64,000 bases of DNA from Bacteroidales bacterium (GCA_045640225.1 JAZUEP010000136.1:13771-77770); one strand, 5' to 3'. Counted from the stretch's first letter, positions 45,810 through 58,159 are shown. Program-made: numbers and translations. The notes: generated from the letters alone by a model not told the origin.

Positions 45810-46094
45810 ATGAAGAAGCTTGCAATTGTCCTCGTGATCGCATCAATGGTAGTAATGGATCTTATGCTTTCAGGCATGAATGTAGTAGCCGGGATTCTGC
45901 TGATAGCCGGTGCCGGAATGGTCTGCGCGTTTCTGGATTATTGTGGAAACGAATCTCACAGCAAGACCAGCATTACACATGCTGCACGACAGAACCGCCG
46001 CGGACAACTCACTTCAGGACACGAATCTTCATGCGCACGTCAGTCCTGGGACGGTTGGCAACATTGCTCTCAAGAGCTGCAATACGCGAAATAA
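45810..46094 (+). CDS. Small hypothetical membrane protein (two predicted TM segments)
   Basis: MKKLAIVLVIASMVVMDLMLSGMNVVAGILLIAGAGMVCAFL, followed by a polar tail. It has its own promoter box. The last 86 nt overlap the 3' end of the convergent PPIase gene. Confidence 0.4.
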   Translation: MKKLAIVLVIASMVVMDLMLSGMNVVAGILLIAGAGMVCAFLDYCGNESHSKTSITHAARQNRRGQLTSGHESSCARQSWDGWQHCSQELQYAK

Positions 46095-46842
46095 CATCGA
46101 GGCCATCAACGACCTCTCCATAACAGGTATACTGGCCATAGATGTGATAAGCGCCACCGATGGTAGTGTAAGCTTCACGCTCAAGGGGTGTGAAGTATCG
46201 TGTACCAGGCTGCAGACGCGCGATGCTGTCGATATCGTGATTGATGGCACGTGCCAAGCGGTTATAGGCTGCCACGTCAGTCGTTTTGTAGAAAGCCAGC
46301 GAATCCTTGACGGACTGCGTCATGACCTTGCGTTGTGCCACCTTGCGCGCATCGGCATTATGGGTCTTTTCCCACTGGTTGAGTGTAGCCTCGCTCATCT
46401 GGTAACCTTCGACAATGAAGAACATCGACATGTCGGAATTGACCACGCCCTCGCGATGCGGAGCCATCAGGGCACCTTTCTTGGGCACATGATGCGGACG
46501 TATCTCGGCAGGAATCTCCTCGCTGGTATCACCCCATCCGATAGACTGGCCGGGCAAGGCGGTCTTCGAGTCGGGAGCACCACCCTGAATCATGAACGTA
46601 GGGATGACACGGCCGAAGAGTGATCCATCGTAATACCCTGAACGCACCTTCTGCAGAAAGTTGGCCACAGTGCGCGGACAATCGTCGTAGAGCATCACTC
46701 GCATGTTGCCCATATTGGTCTCGATGAGGACTTCGTGAGTCTGGGCCGAAAGGTTAGAACCATTGCGTGCACCTTTACTCGAATGGAAGAAAGGAGAGAA
46801 TAGCAACGCCAACAAGAAAAGAGCCTTAAAGAGATATTTCAT
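46009..46842 (-). CDS. Cyclophilin-type peptidyl-prolyl cis-trans isomerase (secreted)
   Basis: A signal peptide is present. VLIETNMGNMRVMLYDDCPRTVANFLQKVRSGYYDGSLFGRVIPTFMIQGG ... FFIV. Confidence 0.85.
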   Translation of the reverse strand: MKYLFKALFLLALLFSPFFHSSKGARNGSNLSAQTHEVLIETNMGNMRVMLYDDCPRTVANFLQKVRSGYYDGSLFGRVIPTFMIQGGAPDSKTALPGQSIGWGDTSEEIPAEIRPHHVPKKGALMAPHREGVVNSDMSMFFIVEGYQMSEATLNQWEKTHNADARKVAQRKVMTQSVKDSLAFYKTTDVAAYNRLARAINHDIDSIARLQPGTRYFTPLEREAYTTIGGAYHIYGQYTCYGEVVDGLDVISRIAALESNVANRPRTDVRMKIRVLK

Positions 46843-46932
46843 CGAAATAACAAATTGTAGTTTTGTATAAAAATGATTATAGAAGCCGTGTCAAATAGTC
46901 ACAGCTCCTATAATATACTTTCTGAGCGTAAA

Positions 46933-47178
46933 TTACTCGTCCGCTTCTGCCTCGGGATTTGCGTTTTCGGCAAGTACCTTCTTAGCGTCTTCCAAGTCCA
47001 GCTCGTTGACGAGAATCGGTATCTCGCACGCACTGTTGGCAATGCCCAGACCACCAATCCTGACATCGGCAAACGATGCACCTTGTATCAGACAAGGTAT
47101 ACCTGCCGACTCGAGAGCGCCTTTGATTACTTCGGCCTCAAACGAGTTCCAACACGAGGTAAGTCTGACAAGTGCCAT
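46933..47178 (-). CDS. DUF2007 (putative signal-transducing) domain protein
   Basis: MALVRLTSCWNSFEAEVIKGALESAGIPCLIQG. The track start at 47187 is a TTG; the ATG at 47178 is preferred. Confidence 0.55.
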   Translation of the reverse strand: MALVRLTSCWNSFEAEVIKGALESAGIPCLIQGASFADVRIGGLGIANSACEIPILVNELDLEDAKKVLAENANPEAEADE

Positions 47179-47183
47179 GGTTA

Positions 47184-48824
<1,641 letters not shown>

Positions 48825-48936
48825 TCAGCTTTCGCCTACGATTGTCAACTTGGCCATGCCATTTCGCTGTCGAAGTGGCGATAGCATCCGTCTAACCATC
48901 GACGCCACCGGAGCAGCGGATGAGTAGCAGAACAGA

Positions 48937-49920
48937 TCAAAAACGGACACCCACGAAACCACGACACAGCCAATCGACGACATTGGCCGAGAAGCCATCA
49001 CTACAAGGCATGATAGAATAGCTGGCAGCGGATTGCACACCCATCACGTAGCGTCCCTGATTGTAGGTAAAGTGTAGATGAGCAATGGCATCGCCTGAGA
49101 GTTGTTGCCTAAGCGATGTACCCTGTGCTCCGAAACGATAAAGGCGGTTACGATGCCAGATGGTCAGCATCGGAGCAATCAAGCCATGCAGCAGGCAATG
49201 CTGATGGGCGAATACATAATTATAGGCATACCCGGCTCCCAGATTGAGGTGCGATAATGAAATGCGACGGAAAGCATCCGGGATATCCTCGTTCTGACGA
49301 TTACGATAGCTGCCATGCCAATAGTTGAACATAGCCAGCCACGAACCGCTGGAACGCAATTGTATCGTGGTGTGGATCGTGGCGGCAGGCAACGAGAACC
49401 GTTCCTGGTTGAATACCCAATAGGCATTGAACTGTGAGGTACGCAACCGTCCCATCAAGCCTTCGATATCGACAAGCATCGGTCCGGACACAGGCTGTAG
49501 CGTGCCATGCATCGAATAGGCATTGTGGCAACGATACTCCAATCCGTAACGGCTCGAATGGAAAGTACAGTTGAACTCGGTATCGCCATACCGCGAGAAG
49601 TCGCGCGAATAATCCAACCCCCAGCCTCGATACGACACGCCAACGGACATCAAGACTGAAGGTACGGTCAATAATCGCCCCTGCAATTCAGGTGCAGCCG
49701 CAGAATGTGGCATACGGACGCGGGCACCATTACCTGCAAGATGAGTATCAACATAGGCCAGAAATCCTGGTTCAGCAAGCCTGACGTATGTCCGGTCGCA
49801 ACCTTTGATATCGGCGCTATCGACCCATTGGATAACCGAGCGTACCCATCGAGGCAGCTCGGCCCTGAGTTCAAGCGTGGCCGATACGAGGACGAGGAGG
49901 ACGAAGGACAGACGTCTCAT
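48937..49920 (-). CDS. Putative outer-membrane beta-barrel protein (possibly DUF4421-like)
   Basis: Signal peptide MRRLSFVLLVLVSATLELRA. Beta-strand-rich sequence ends in ...GFVGVRF (terminal Phe). The track start at 49929 is a TTG; the ATG at 49920 is preferred. Confidence 0.45.
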   Translation of the reverse strand: MRRLSFVLLVLVSATLELRAELPRWVRSVIQWVDSADIKGCDRTYVRLAEPGFLAYVDTHLAGNGARVRMPHSAAAPELQGRLLTVPSVLMSVGVSYRGWGLDYSRDFSRYGDTEFNCTFHSSRYGLEYRCHNAYSMHGTLQPVSGPMLVDIEGLMGRLRTSQFNAYWVFNQERFSLPAATIHTTIQLRSSGSWLAMFNYWHGSYRNRQNEDIPDAFRRISLSHLNLGAGYAYNYVFAHQHCLLHGLIAPMLTIWHRNRLYRFGAQGTSLRQQLSGDAIAHLHFTYNQGRYVMGVQSAASYSIMPCSDGFSANVVDWLCRGFVGVRF

Positions 49921-49946
49921 AGACAGCAAGCAGAACGGGAACGAGA

Positions 49947-52568
49947 TTAGCGGCTCTTCAGGTCTTCAAGGATCTGTCGCAATTCGCCATCGCTTGATAC
50001 CAGCACGGCACGGGCCTTCGAACCACTGTAGGGACCGACGATGCCTCCAGCCTCGAGCTGATCCATGATGCGGCCGGCGCGGTTGTAGCCGATACCGAAC
50101 TTGCGCTGGATCATCGATGTTGAACCCTGGCCGGTAGCGACTACCAGTTCGGCACACTCGTCGAACAGCGGATCGAGCTGATGTAGGTCGACGGATTCAG
50201 TGCTTCCGCCCTCGCCGCCTTCGCCTTCAGACAGCTTTGGTTCTGGCAGTATAAGTGCCGAAGGATAGCCCTGCTGCTCGGCAATGAAACGATTGATGCG
50301 GTCGACCTCTGGAGTATCAACAAAGGCACACTGCACGCGGGTCGGCACATTACCGGTCGAGAAGAGCAGGTCGCCACGGCCGATAAGGCTCTGGGCTCCC
50401 GTGGTATCGAGGATGATACCAGAATCGGTACCCGAAGCTACGCGGAATGCGATACGGGCCGGGAAGTTGGCCTTGATGATACCAGTGACGATCTTGGCCG
50501 AAGGACGTTGCGTGGCGATAATCATGTGGATACCTACGGCTCGAGCCTTCTGGGCGATGCGGGCAATAGGCAACTCGACTTCCTTGCCGGCAGTCATAAT
50601 TAGGTCGCCATACTCGTCGATGATGGCCACGATATAAGGCAGGAAACGATGGTTCGTGCCGTCGCGGCTGCCGATAGGTGCCGTGATATGCTTCTTGGGA
50701 TTGAGACGACGGTGGATGAACTTGTCGTTATACTCCTTGATATTGCGCACGCCAGCATCCTCAACCAAAGCGTAGCGATCCTCCATCTCGGCACAGAGCG
50801 ACTTGAGGATGTCAACCGTCTTGGTCACATCGGGGATGATCGGGTTCTCCTGATCAGGCAACTTGGCCAGATAATGATTTTCGATTCGTTTGTAGATCGA
50901 GAACTCGACCATCTTAGGGTCGACCAGCACGATCTTGAGCTGCGAAGGATGCTTCTTGTAGAGTAGCGAGGTGATGATGGCATTGAGGCCGACCGATTTG
51001 CCCTGGCCTGTAGCACCGGCCACCAGCAAGTGTGGAGCCTTGGCGAGGTCGAAGGTGAACACTTCGTTCGTAATAGTCTTGCCGAGGGCAACAGGCAGTT
51101 CCATTTTCGACTCCTGGAAGGTCTTCGAAGCAATACACTCACGCATCGAGACGGTTTGTGGATCGTTGTTGGGCACCTCGATACCAATGGCTGCCTTGCC
51201 AGGGATTGGGGCGATGATACGCACACCTGCCTTCGATGCGATCGACATGGCGATCTCGTCCGACAAGTTCTTCACACGGCTGATCTTCGTACCGTTGACC
51301 AGCACGATCTCATACAGGGTAATGGTTGGGCCGATGGTAGCCTCTATGCTCTGTATCTCTACGCCATAGTCGTACAGGGTCTGGCGAATCTTCTCCTTGT
51401 TGGCATTTTGTTCGTCGATGTCGACAGGCGAGCTGTTGCTCGGAGCCTTCAGCAGGTCGAAACCTGGGAACTTGTAGGTGCTCAGATCTGCGGTCGGATC
51501 GTAATCGGTCTTGGGCAGGTCGCTCGTATCGGCAGTGACAGGCTTGTTGACAACCTCGGTCTCGCCCGTCTTGATGGTAAAGGTTGGATCGGCAGCAACC
51601 TCGCGAGTCTCCTTCCCTGCCGTTGGCTGCTCGGTTGCAGGCTTGATGATGGTCACCACGGACTGCACCTCTGGCTGGACTTCAACGACTTCAGGCTGCA
51701 CTGTCACGATGGGCTGCACAGTGGTTGCGGACTCTTCGATGTTGGCTGTCTGTTCAGTATAGAGCGTAGCAGACGTCTCACCGACTTCAGTATTCTCGGC
51801 CTCTGCCTCAGCAGCAGCCTGAGCCTCGGCCAGTGCCAGGGCTTGCAGACGCTTCTCTTCGCGACGCTGCTTCCAGGTATCGACCTTGGCCTGCAGCCAA
51901 GGAATCAGTCCAAAGAGGGTTCGTGTCTTGTCGATGGTGCTCTCGTACATGAAAGTAGCCATGATCAGGCCTGATGCCACCAGGAAGACGATCGTGCCAG
52001 GCACGTGCAGGTTGGCCAGCAGCAGTTGCGACAGGTCGTTGCCATGCTTACCGCCCAGATAGATGTATTCGGACAGCAGATGCGTATCGAACAGGTCGTC
52101 GATGATGTAGCTGGCCGCACTGAACACCAGCGACAGCCAGATGACGCACAGGGTTGTGCGCACAAAGGACTTGAGGAATGGAGGACGATGTCCGGTGATG
52201 ATCAGGCCATAGCCGAAACGCAACAACAGCACTACGAACAGCAACACAGGCAGACCCAGCCAACGGTTGATGCAATATTCGGACGTAAAGGCACCGAACG
52301 TACCTAGCCAGTTGCTGACGCCATTGCCCGGCATCAGGATATTATACCAGTGCAGATGTTCGATGACGGCCTGGTCTTCCTTGCCCGTCACGACAAACGA
52401 CAGGAACCCGGCTCCCAGCATGGCCGACAACATCAGGATAATCAGTCCGACGATGAACTTGGCCTGTTCACTACGACAGAACAGCACGAAGCGCGAGGGC
52501 TTTTTCGGGCCCTTGGGTTTATTGTTTTTCTCCTTCGAAGCAGATGAGGTTTTCTTCTCTTTACTCAT
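49947..52568 (-). CDS. ftsK: DNA translocase FtsK/SpoIIIE
   Basis: N-terminal TM segments, then Walker A LLVAGATGQGKSVGLNAII, YIVAIIDEYGDL and HMIIATQRPS, with a C-terminal gamma wHTH (STSMIQRKFGIGYNRAGRIMDQLE). The start is taken at the ATG at 52568 (MSKEKK...). Confidence 0.9.
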   Translation of the reverse strand: MSKEKKTSSASKEKNNKPKGPKKPSRFVLFCRSEQAKFIVGLIILMLSAMLGAGFLSFVVTGKEDQAVIEHLHWYNILMPGNGVSNWLGTFGAFTSEYCINRWLGLPVLLFVVLLLRFGYGLIITGHRPPFLKSFVRTTLCVIWLSLVFSAASYIIDDLFDTHLLSEYIYLGGKHGNDLSQLLLANLHVPGTIVFLVASGLIMATFMYESTIDKTRTLFGLIPWLQAKVDTWKQRREEKRLQALALAEAQAAAEAEAENTEVGETSATLYTEQTANIEESATTVQPIVTVQPEVVEVQPEVQSVVTIIKPATEQPTAGKETREVAADPTFTIKTGETEVVNKPVTADTSDLPKTDYDPTADLSTYKFPGFDLLKAPSNSSPVDIDEQNANKEKIRQTLYDYGVEIQSIEATIGPTITLYEIVLVNGTKISRVKNLSDEIAMSIASKAGVRIIAPIPGKAAIGIEVPNNDPQTVSMRECIASKTFQESKMELPVALGKTITNEVFTFDLAKAPHLLVAGATGQGKSVGLNAIITSLLYKKHPSQLKIVLVDPKMVEFSIYKRIENHYLAKLPDQENPIIPDVTKTVDILKSLCAEMEDRYALVEDAGVRNIKEYNDKFIHRRLNPKKHITAPIGSRDGTNHRFLPYIVAIIDEYGDLIMTAGKEVELPIARIAQKARAVGIHMIIATQRPSAKIVTGIIKANFPARIAFRVASGTDSGIILDTTGAQSLIGRGDLLFSTGNVPTRVQCAFVDTPEVDRINRFIAEQQGYPSALILPEPKLSEGEGGEGGSTESVDLHQLDPLFDECAELVVATGQGSTSMIQRKFGIGYNRAGRIMDQLEAGGIVGPYSGSKARAVLVSSDGELRQILEDLKSR

Positions 52569-52597
52569 TGTATGTGATGATATTTTTAGGCAATATA

Positions 52598-54163
52598 TTA
52601 TTTTTTCCAGAACATAGGCGTGAAGATCACGATGACCGTGAAGATCTCCAGACGTCCTACCAGCATCATGAAGCTCAGATACCACATGGCCTGAGGCGGC
52701 AGTGACGACCAGGTAAAGGACGGGCCGATCGTACCCAGTGCAGGACCGGTGTTACCAAGGGCAGAAACAGCGCCACCGATGGCCGTATCGAACGACAGTC
52801 CCATGGTCTGCAGGATGAAGACCGATGTGACCATCAGGATCAGGTAGATCGACAACATGGCCAGGATCTTGAATACCACATCGCTCGACAACGCATGGCC
52901 GTCCAGACGCACTGTACTGTATGAACGTGGCATCAAGGCATGCAGGAACTGGTTGCGTGCATTCTTGATCAGTACCAGGATACGCACCATCTTCAGACCG
53001 CCGGCCGTACTCGACGAACATCCTCCGGTGGCCATCAACAGCAAAGTAGGCAGCCAAAAGATCGAACCCCAGGCCACATAATCGAAGTGTTCGGACTGGA
53101 AACCGGCACTCGAGATGATGGTCAGCGTATGGAACAGGGCCGTTCGCAACGAGTTCTCGAGGCTTCCATCGCCCAGCAGTGCCTGGTCGGCCACGGGGAT
53201 GAGGTCATAGTTTCGTGTCAGGGCATCGAGTCCCATGAAGAGCAGTGTAAAGCCCACGACAAAGGCAGAGAACCATCGCAATTCCTCGTTGCGCAACGTC
53301 AGGCGGAACTGACCGCGCGCCATGAAGTAGAAGAGGTTGAAGTTGATCGACGTGATGAACAGGAAGACGATGCATACATACTCGATGAAGGGCGAGTGAA
53401 AGTATCCAATCGAATCCTGATGCGTGCTGAATCCGCCTGAAGCCAGCGTTGAGAACGAATGGCACACGGCATCGAATACCGACATACCTCCTACCCAATA
53501 GAGCACGGCACAGACTGCCGTCAGCAGTACGTACAGGCCCCAGAGGCGTCGGGCCGTCTCGTCGATGCGTGGCCTCAGCTTATCGACCGACAGGCCATTG
53601 GTCTCGGCACTGAACACCTGTGTCGCACCCGTACCGATCAGTGGCAGCAGCGCCAGGCTGAAGACCACGATACCCAGGCCTCCCAGCCACTGCATCGTAT
53701 GGCGCCAGAACAGCACACCATGTGGCTGCATCTCGAGGTTGTCAATCGTCGTACAGCCCGTGGTCGTGAATCCCGACATGGCCTCCAGAAAGGCTTTCGA
53801 CAACGTCGGACACGCCCCGGTCATCAGCAGTGGCAGCATACCCAGCAGCGAGAAGACCACCCACGCCATCGCCACTACAAGGAAGCCCTCGCGGGTAGTG
53901 ATCTGTCGCGAATGCCTTCGGCTGGTTCCCCAGCAGGTGGCACCTAGCGAGAAGGTCAGCAAAGCCACGATCATGAAGGCCTGCCAGTCATCATCGCCCT
54001 GCGTGTGGTGGTAGTACAACGCTACCATACTCGTAAGGATCATGAAGACAGACTCCATGATCAGCAACACACCGAATATGTAGCGGATGAGCCGCCAGTT
54101 GATACGCACGGGAGAGCGATTGATGATTGATGAATAACGCGATTGATTAACGATCTCTGACAA
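52598..54163 (-). CDS. trkH: TrkH family potassium uptake protein
   Basis: Polytopic. AMSGFTTTGCT, STLASGGFST, ISSAGFQS and VSALGNTGPALG are the four selectivity-filter-like loops. The start is a TTG at 54163, or possibly a GTG at 54109; there is no nearby ATG. Confidence 0.85.
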   Translation of the reverse strand: MSEIVNQSRYSSIINRSPVRINWRLIRYIFGVLLIMESVFMILTSMVALYYHHTQGDDDWQAFMIVALLTFSLGATCWGTSRRHSRQITTREGFLVVAMAWVVFSLLGMLPLLMTGACPTLSKAFLEAMSGFTTTGCTTIDNLEMQPHGVLFWRHTMQWLGGLGIVVFSLALLPLIGTGATQVFSAETNGLSVDKLRPRIDETARRLWGLYVLLTAVCAVLYWVGGMSVFDAVCHSFSTLASGGFSTHQDSIGYFHSPFIEYVCIVFLFITSINFNLFYFMARGQFRLTLRNEELRWFSAFVVGFTLLFMGLDALTRNYDLIPVADQALLGDGSLENSLRTALFHTLTIISSAGFQSEHFDYVAWGSIFWLPTLLLMATGGCSSSTAGGLKMVRILVLIKNARNQFLHALMPRSYSTVRLDGHALSSDVVFKILAMLSIYLILMVTSVFILQTMGLSFDTAIGGAVSALGNTGPALGTIGPSFTWSSLPPQAMWYLSFMMLVGRLEIFTVIVIFTPMFWKK

Positions 54164-54182
54164 GCGAACGGTAGCTACCCGA

Positions 54183-55520
54183 TCAGCTTACGAAAAGGCG
54201 TTCGACGGCACTGATACGTTCGTCGCGACAGATGACGATCACGTGGTCGCCCGGTTCGATCTGTGTCTTTCCGGTGACGATCATACCTACGCCATTACGC
54301 ACCAGGCCACCCAGAGTGATGCCCTTGGGAAGACCAAGGCGGAATACCGGTGCCTGTGTAATCTTCGAGCCGGGTTGAGCCACGACGTCGGCCACCTCGG
54401 CATCCACCAGGCTGTAGCACTTGGCATTGGTCTTGTCCGCATCGAGCAGCATCTGGTAGATGGCCGATGCAGTCAGCAGCTTCTTGTTCACGGTCGAGCC
54501 GATGTTCAGGTTCTGTGCCATAGTGATCTGTTCGATATCCGACACCTCGACCACCGTCTTGCCTACACCCAGTTTCTTGGCCGTCAGGCAAGCCAGGATG
54601 TTCGAGTCAGGGTTGTCGCTCAGGGCCACGAAGGCATCGTTGTCCGATACGCCCAGCTCGGTAAGGGTTTCGACGTTGCCCGATGCACCACGCACCACCT
54701 CGGCCTTGCCGATCTTGTCCATCACGTAGTCGGCTTTCTGCCGATCGTTCTCGATGAAGACGATCTTCAGGTTCTTGGGCAGGTAGTAACACGTCTGCAC
54801 GCCCAGGCGATTGCCGCCCATGATGATGACGCGTTGCAGCTTGCGATCCTTCTTGCCGCAGGTGAAGCGCACGACGTCGGACTTCTGGGGCAAGGTAATG
54901 AAGTAGATCAGGTCTTCGGCCATGATCACGTCCTCGCCGGAAGGGATGATGGTGTCGTCGCCTCGCATGATGGCCGCTACGTGAAAGCTGTCGTGATGCT
55001 TCTGGCCGATCTGCATCAGTGACTGACCTACAATCGGGGCGCCCTCGCGCACCTTGATGCCCAGCAGCAGCAGGCTACCGTCGCAAAGGTCGAAGCTATG
55101 GCGGGCCCAGGGACGGCGGATGGCGGCAGCGATGGCCTCGCCTCCCAGCATCTCAGGATAGACCAGCCGGCTGATGCCGATGCGCTTGTAGAATTCGGCG
55201 CTCTCAGGTTTCTGCATCTCGAACGAGTCGATACGGGCCAACGTCTTACGGGCACCGAGGTTGGCGGCCAGGATGCAGGCATGGATGTTGACACTCTCGA
55301 TGGGAGTTACGGCTATGAACAGGTCGCAACGCGGCACGCCGGCATCCTTCAGTGCATGGATGCTGGTGGGCGAACCGGTCATCGTCATCAGGTTCATGTA
55401 GGTCAGCTGGGCGATACGCGCCGGATCGGCATCCATCAGCACCACGTCCATCTTATCCTTGGCCAGCAGCTTGGCCAGATGAGTACCCACAGCGTGGGCT
55501 CCTGCTATGATTATCTTCAA
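54183..55520 (-). CDS. trkA: Trk system potassium uptake protein TrkA
   Basis: MKIIIAGAHAVGTHLAKLL, with a second Rossmann RVIIMGGNRLG. There are two RCK-N/RCK-C halves. The initiation codon is TTG. Confidence 0.9.
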   Translation of the reverse strand: MKIIIAGAHAVGTHLAKLLAKDKMDVVLMDADPARIAQLTYMNLMTMTGSPTSIHALKDAGVPRCDLFIAVTPIESVNIHACILAANLGARKTLARIDSFEMQKPESAEFYKRIGISRLVYPEMLGGEAIAAAIRRPWARHSFDLCDGSLLLLGIKVREGAPIVGQSLMQIGQKHHDSFHVAAIMRGDDTIIPSGEDVIMAEDLIYFITLPQKSDVVRFTCGKKDRKLQRVIIMGGNRLGVQTCYYLPKNLKIVFIENDRQKADYVMDKIGKAEVVRGASGNVETLTELGVSDNDAFVALSDNPDSNILACLTAKKLGVGKTVVEVSDIEQITMAQNLNIGSTVNKKLLTASAIYQMLLDADKTNAKCYSLVDAEVADVVAQPGSKITQAPVFRLGLPKGITLGGLVRNGVGMIVTGKTQIEPGDHVIVICRDERISAVERLFVS

Positions 55521-55558
55521 TTCGTTCGATGCTTAGTTAATGATTCTACTTGCAAGTC

Positions 55559-57442
55559 TCATGCCTTCGTGATGGCCTGGGCGATGGCCTTGGCGTCGAT
55601 GCCGCACAGGGCATACAGCTCGCTGACCGAACCATGCTCGATAAACGCGTCGGGCACACCCAGGCAACGCACGTCGCCCTTGTAGCCTTGACGGCTGGCT
55701 TCCTCAAGGATGGTGCTGCCGAAGCCACCGGCCAGATTACCGTCCTCGACGGTAACGATTCGCTTATACTTTTTAAATATACGCGCGAGTAGCTCGGTGT
55801 CGAGTGGCTTGCACCATACCATGTCGTAGTGGCTGGCGGTAGTACCTGCTGGCAGCAAGGTCAGTGCCTTCTGCACCTCTGTTCCGATAGGTCCGAGGCT
55901 CAGGACAGCCGTCTGTGCCGAATCGCCGCCATCGCTCACCTGATAGCCACGGCCTACTGGTACGGCCTCGAGCGGACAACGCCAGTCAACTTGCGAGCCG
56001 CAACCACGCGGATAGCGTATCATCACTGGGCCGTCGATGGCTGTAGCAGCGGTATACATCAGGCGACGCAACCAGTGCTCGTCGATAGGAGAACATACGG
56101 CCATGCCCGGTACCGAGCGGAAGAAGGGCACGTCCAGCACGCCATGATGCGTAGGACCGTCAGCACCTACCAGACCGGCACGATCCAGGCAGAACACCAC
56201 ATGCAGGTGCTGCAGGGCCACGTCGTTGACCACCTGGTCGAGGGCGCGTTGCATGAACGACGAATAGATGTTGCAGAATGGCAACAGACCCTCCTTGGCC
56301 AGGCCGCCGCTGAAGGTCACTGCATGTTCCTCGGCAATGCCTACGTCGAACGTCCGCTCAGGGAAGCGTTCCATCAGGTAGGTCATTGAGCATCCGGTAG
56401 GCATGGCGGGCGTTACGCCTACGATGCGCTTGTCCTGCTCGGCCATCTCGACCAACGTCTTGCCGAATACGTCCTGGAACTTCGGTGGCTTGCCTTCCGA
56501 GTTCTCCTTGATGCGCTCGCCCGTTTCGGGGTTGAACTTGCCGGGCGCATGCCACAGGGTTGCCTGCTCCTCGGCGGGTTTGAAGCCCTTTCCCTTGATG
56601 GTGCAAACGTGCAGCATCTTGGGTCCTTGCAGGTCCTTGATCTTGCGCAGGGTCTTCACCAGGCTCACCACGTTGTGTCCGTCGACAGGGCCGAAGTATC
56701 GGATGTCGAGGCCCTCGAAGATGTTCTGTCTACGCGAGAAGAGCGACTTTACGCTGTTTGTGAAGCGTATCATCGCGCGACGGAAACGGTCGCTCACCAG
56801 GCCGTGACGCTTCAGGGCATTGTACGCCTTGTAGCGCAGGAGGTTGTAACGTTGCGAGGTGGTGATCGTGGTCAGGTAGTGGTACAGGGCGCCTACGTTC
56901 TGGTCGATGGCCATCTGGTTATCGTTCAGCAATATCAGCAGGTCGTTCGGGTTCGACGAGGCATTGTTCAGACCCTCGAAGGCCATACCGCCACTGATCG
57001 AGGCATCGCCTATCACGGCTACCACCTTGCGGCTGCGGCCCATCATCTTGTCGGCCACGGCCATGCCCAGGGCGGCCGAGATACTGTTCGAGGCATGTCC
57101 GGTCGAGAAGGTATCGTACTCGCTCTCCTTCGGTGTAGGGAATCCGCCCAGGCCGCCCTTCTGCCTGAGGCTGTCGAAGCGGTCGCGTCGGCCGGTCAGG
57201 ATCTTGTGGGCATAGGCCTGATGACCTACGTCCCATACCAGACGGTCCTCGGGCGTATTGTATACGTAGTGTAGAGCTACGATGATCTCGATGGCACCGA
57301 GGCTCGATGCGAAGTGGCCCGGATGCGCGCTCACCTTTTCGATGATGAAGCGACGCAAGGCCTCGCATACCTCAGGCAGCTGTTCGACGCGCAGCTTCCT
57401 CAGGTCCGATGGGTAACCTATCTCTTCTAATATATCTTTCAT
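55559..57442 (-). CDS. dxs: 1-deoxy-D-xylulose-5-phosphate synthase
   Basis: [45 protein letters not shown] and the ThDP motif [17 protein letters not shown]; 627 aa. Confidence 0.95.
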   Translation of the reverse strand: MKDILEEIGYPSDLRKLRVEQLPEVCEALRRFIIEKVSAHPGHFASSLGAIEIIVALHYVYNTPEDRLVWDVGHQAYAHKILTGRRDRFDSLRQKGGLGGFPTPKESEYDTFSTGHASNSISAALGMAVADKMMGRSRKVVAVIGDASISGGMAFEGLNNASSNPNDLLILLNDNQMAIDQNVGALYHYLTTITTSQRYNLLRYKAYNALKRHGLVSDRFRRAMIRFTNSVKSLFSRRQNIFEGLDIRYFGPVDGHNVVSLVKTLRKIKDLQGPKMLHVCTIKGKGFKPAEEQATLWHAPGKFNPETGERIKENSEGKPPKFQDVFGKTLVEMAEQDKRIVGVTPAMPTGCSMTYLMERFPERTFDVGIAEEHAVTFSGGLAKEGLLPFCNIYSSFMQRALDQVVNDVALQHLHVVFCLDRAGLVGADGPTHHGVLDVPFFRSVPGMAVCSPIDEHWLRRLMYTAATAIDGPVMIRYPRGCGSQVDWRCPLEAVPVGRGYQVSDGGDSAQTAVLSLGPIGTEVQKALTLLPAGTTASHYDMVWCKPLDTELLARIFKKYKRIVTVEDGNLAGGFGSTILEEASRQGYKGDVRCLGVPDAFIEHGSVSELYALCGIDAKAIAQAITKA

Positions 57443-57511
57443 TGAGTTTTAGAGTTTTTCTGTTCGGGCAGTTCGGTGTCTGTCCTGTCTGTCACGGGCG
57501 ATGGCCGGCAA

Positions 57512-58129
57512 TCAGCAGTCGGCACCCAGTCTGTCCAGCACCACGATGGCCTCTGGTCCCATGTTGAACAGCAAGTCCACGATGCTCATGTCATTCATAA
57601 AGGGGCGTCCTCCCTGCAGGGCTCCTATCTGGTAGTAGGGTTGCTCGGCCAGCTTGCGTGCCACGCGCTCGGCCCAGAGGGCGGCATTCCGTTCGGCCTC
57701 GGGTCCCATCCATTCACTGCTGTATCGCACGTTGGGTTCGAAGCCTATCTCGCTACAGATGTGGCGACGCAGGGCCTCGTTCATGCCCAGCAGGGTACCG
57801 TCGTGACCTTCGAGCAGCACTTGACGTAGGTCGTCGATGTAGTATTCGTAGAAGGGCGACATACCGTAGTACGTGGCTAGGGCATACAGGTGCTGACGAG
57901 GCCAGTCGTTGTGGTCGCTCAGTCGCATCTGCCCGATGGGAGCATGCGTACGGTTACCCTTCTCGACGTAGGCGGTCAGCATCAGCTCGCCTTGTCCCGT
58001 GGCGATGGTCGTGCGGTTGCGAAGCGTCTGCTTGATGTAGTGCTCGTGGGCCTCGATCACCACCTCATCGGCATGATACAGGGCCGCATAGTACGAGATG
58101 GGAGCCAGATAGGCTGTAGGCAGGGTCAT
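57512..58129 (-). CDS. WbqC family protein
   Basis: YLAPISYYAALYHADEVVIEAHEHYIKQTLRNRTTI resembles the WbqC-like family. Confidence 0.7.
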   Translation of the reverse strand: MTLPTAYLAPISYYAALYHADEVVIEAHEHYIKQTLRNRTTIATGQGELMLTAYVEKGNRTHAPIGQMRLSDHNDWPRQHLYALATYYGMSPFYEYYIDDLRQVLLEGHDGTLLGMNEALRRHICSEIGFEPNVRYSSEWMGPEAERNAALWAERVARKLAEQPYYQIGALQGGRPFMNDMSIVDLLFNMGPEAIVVLDRLGADC

Positions 58130-58159
58130 CTGAATCGTTTAGAGTGGAGAGTTGAGAGT

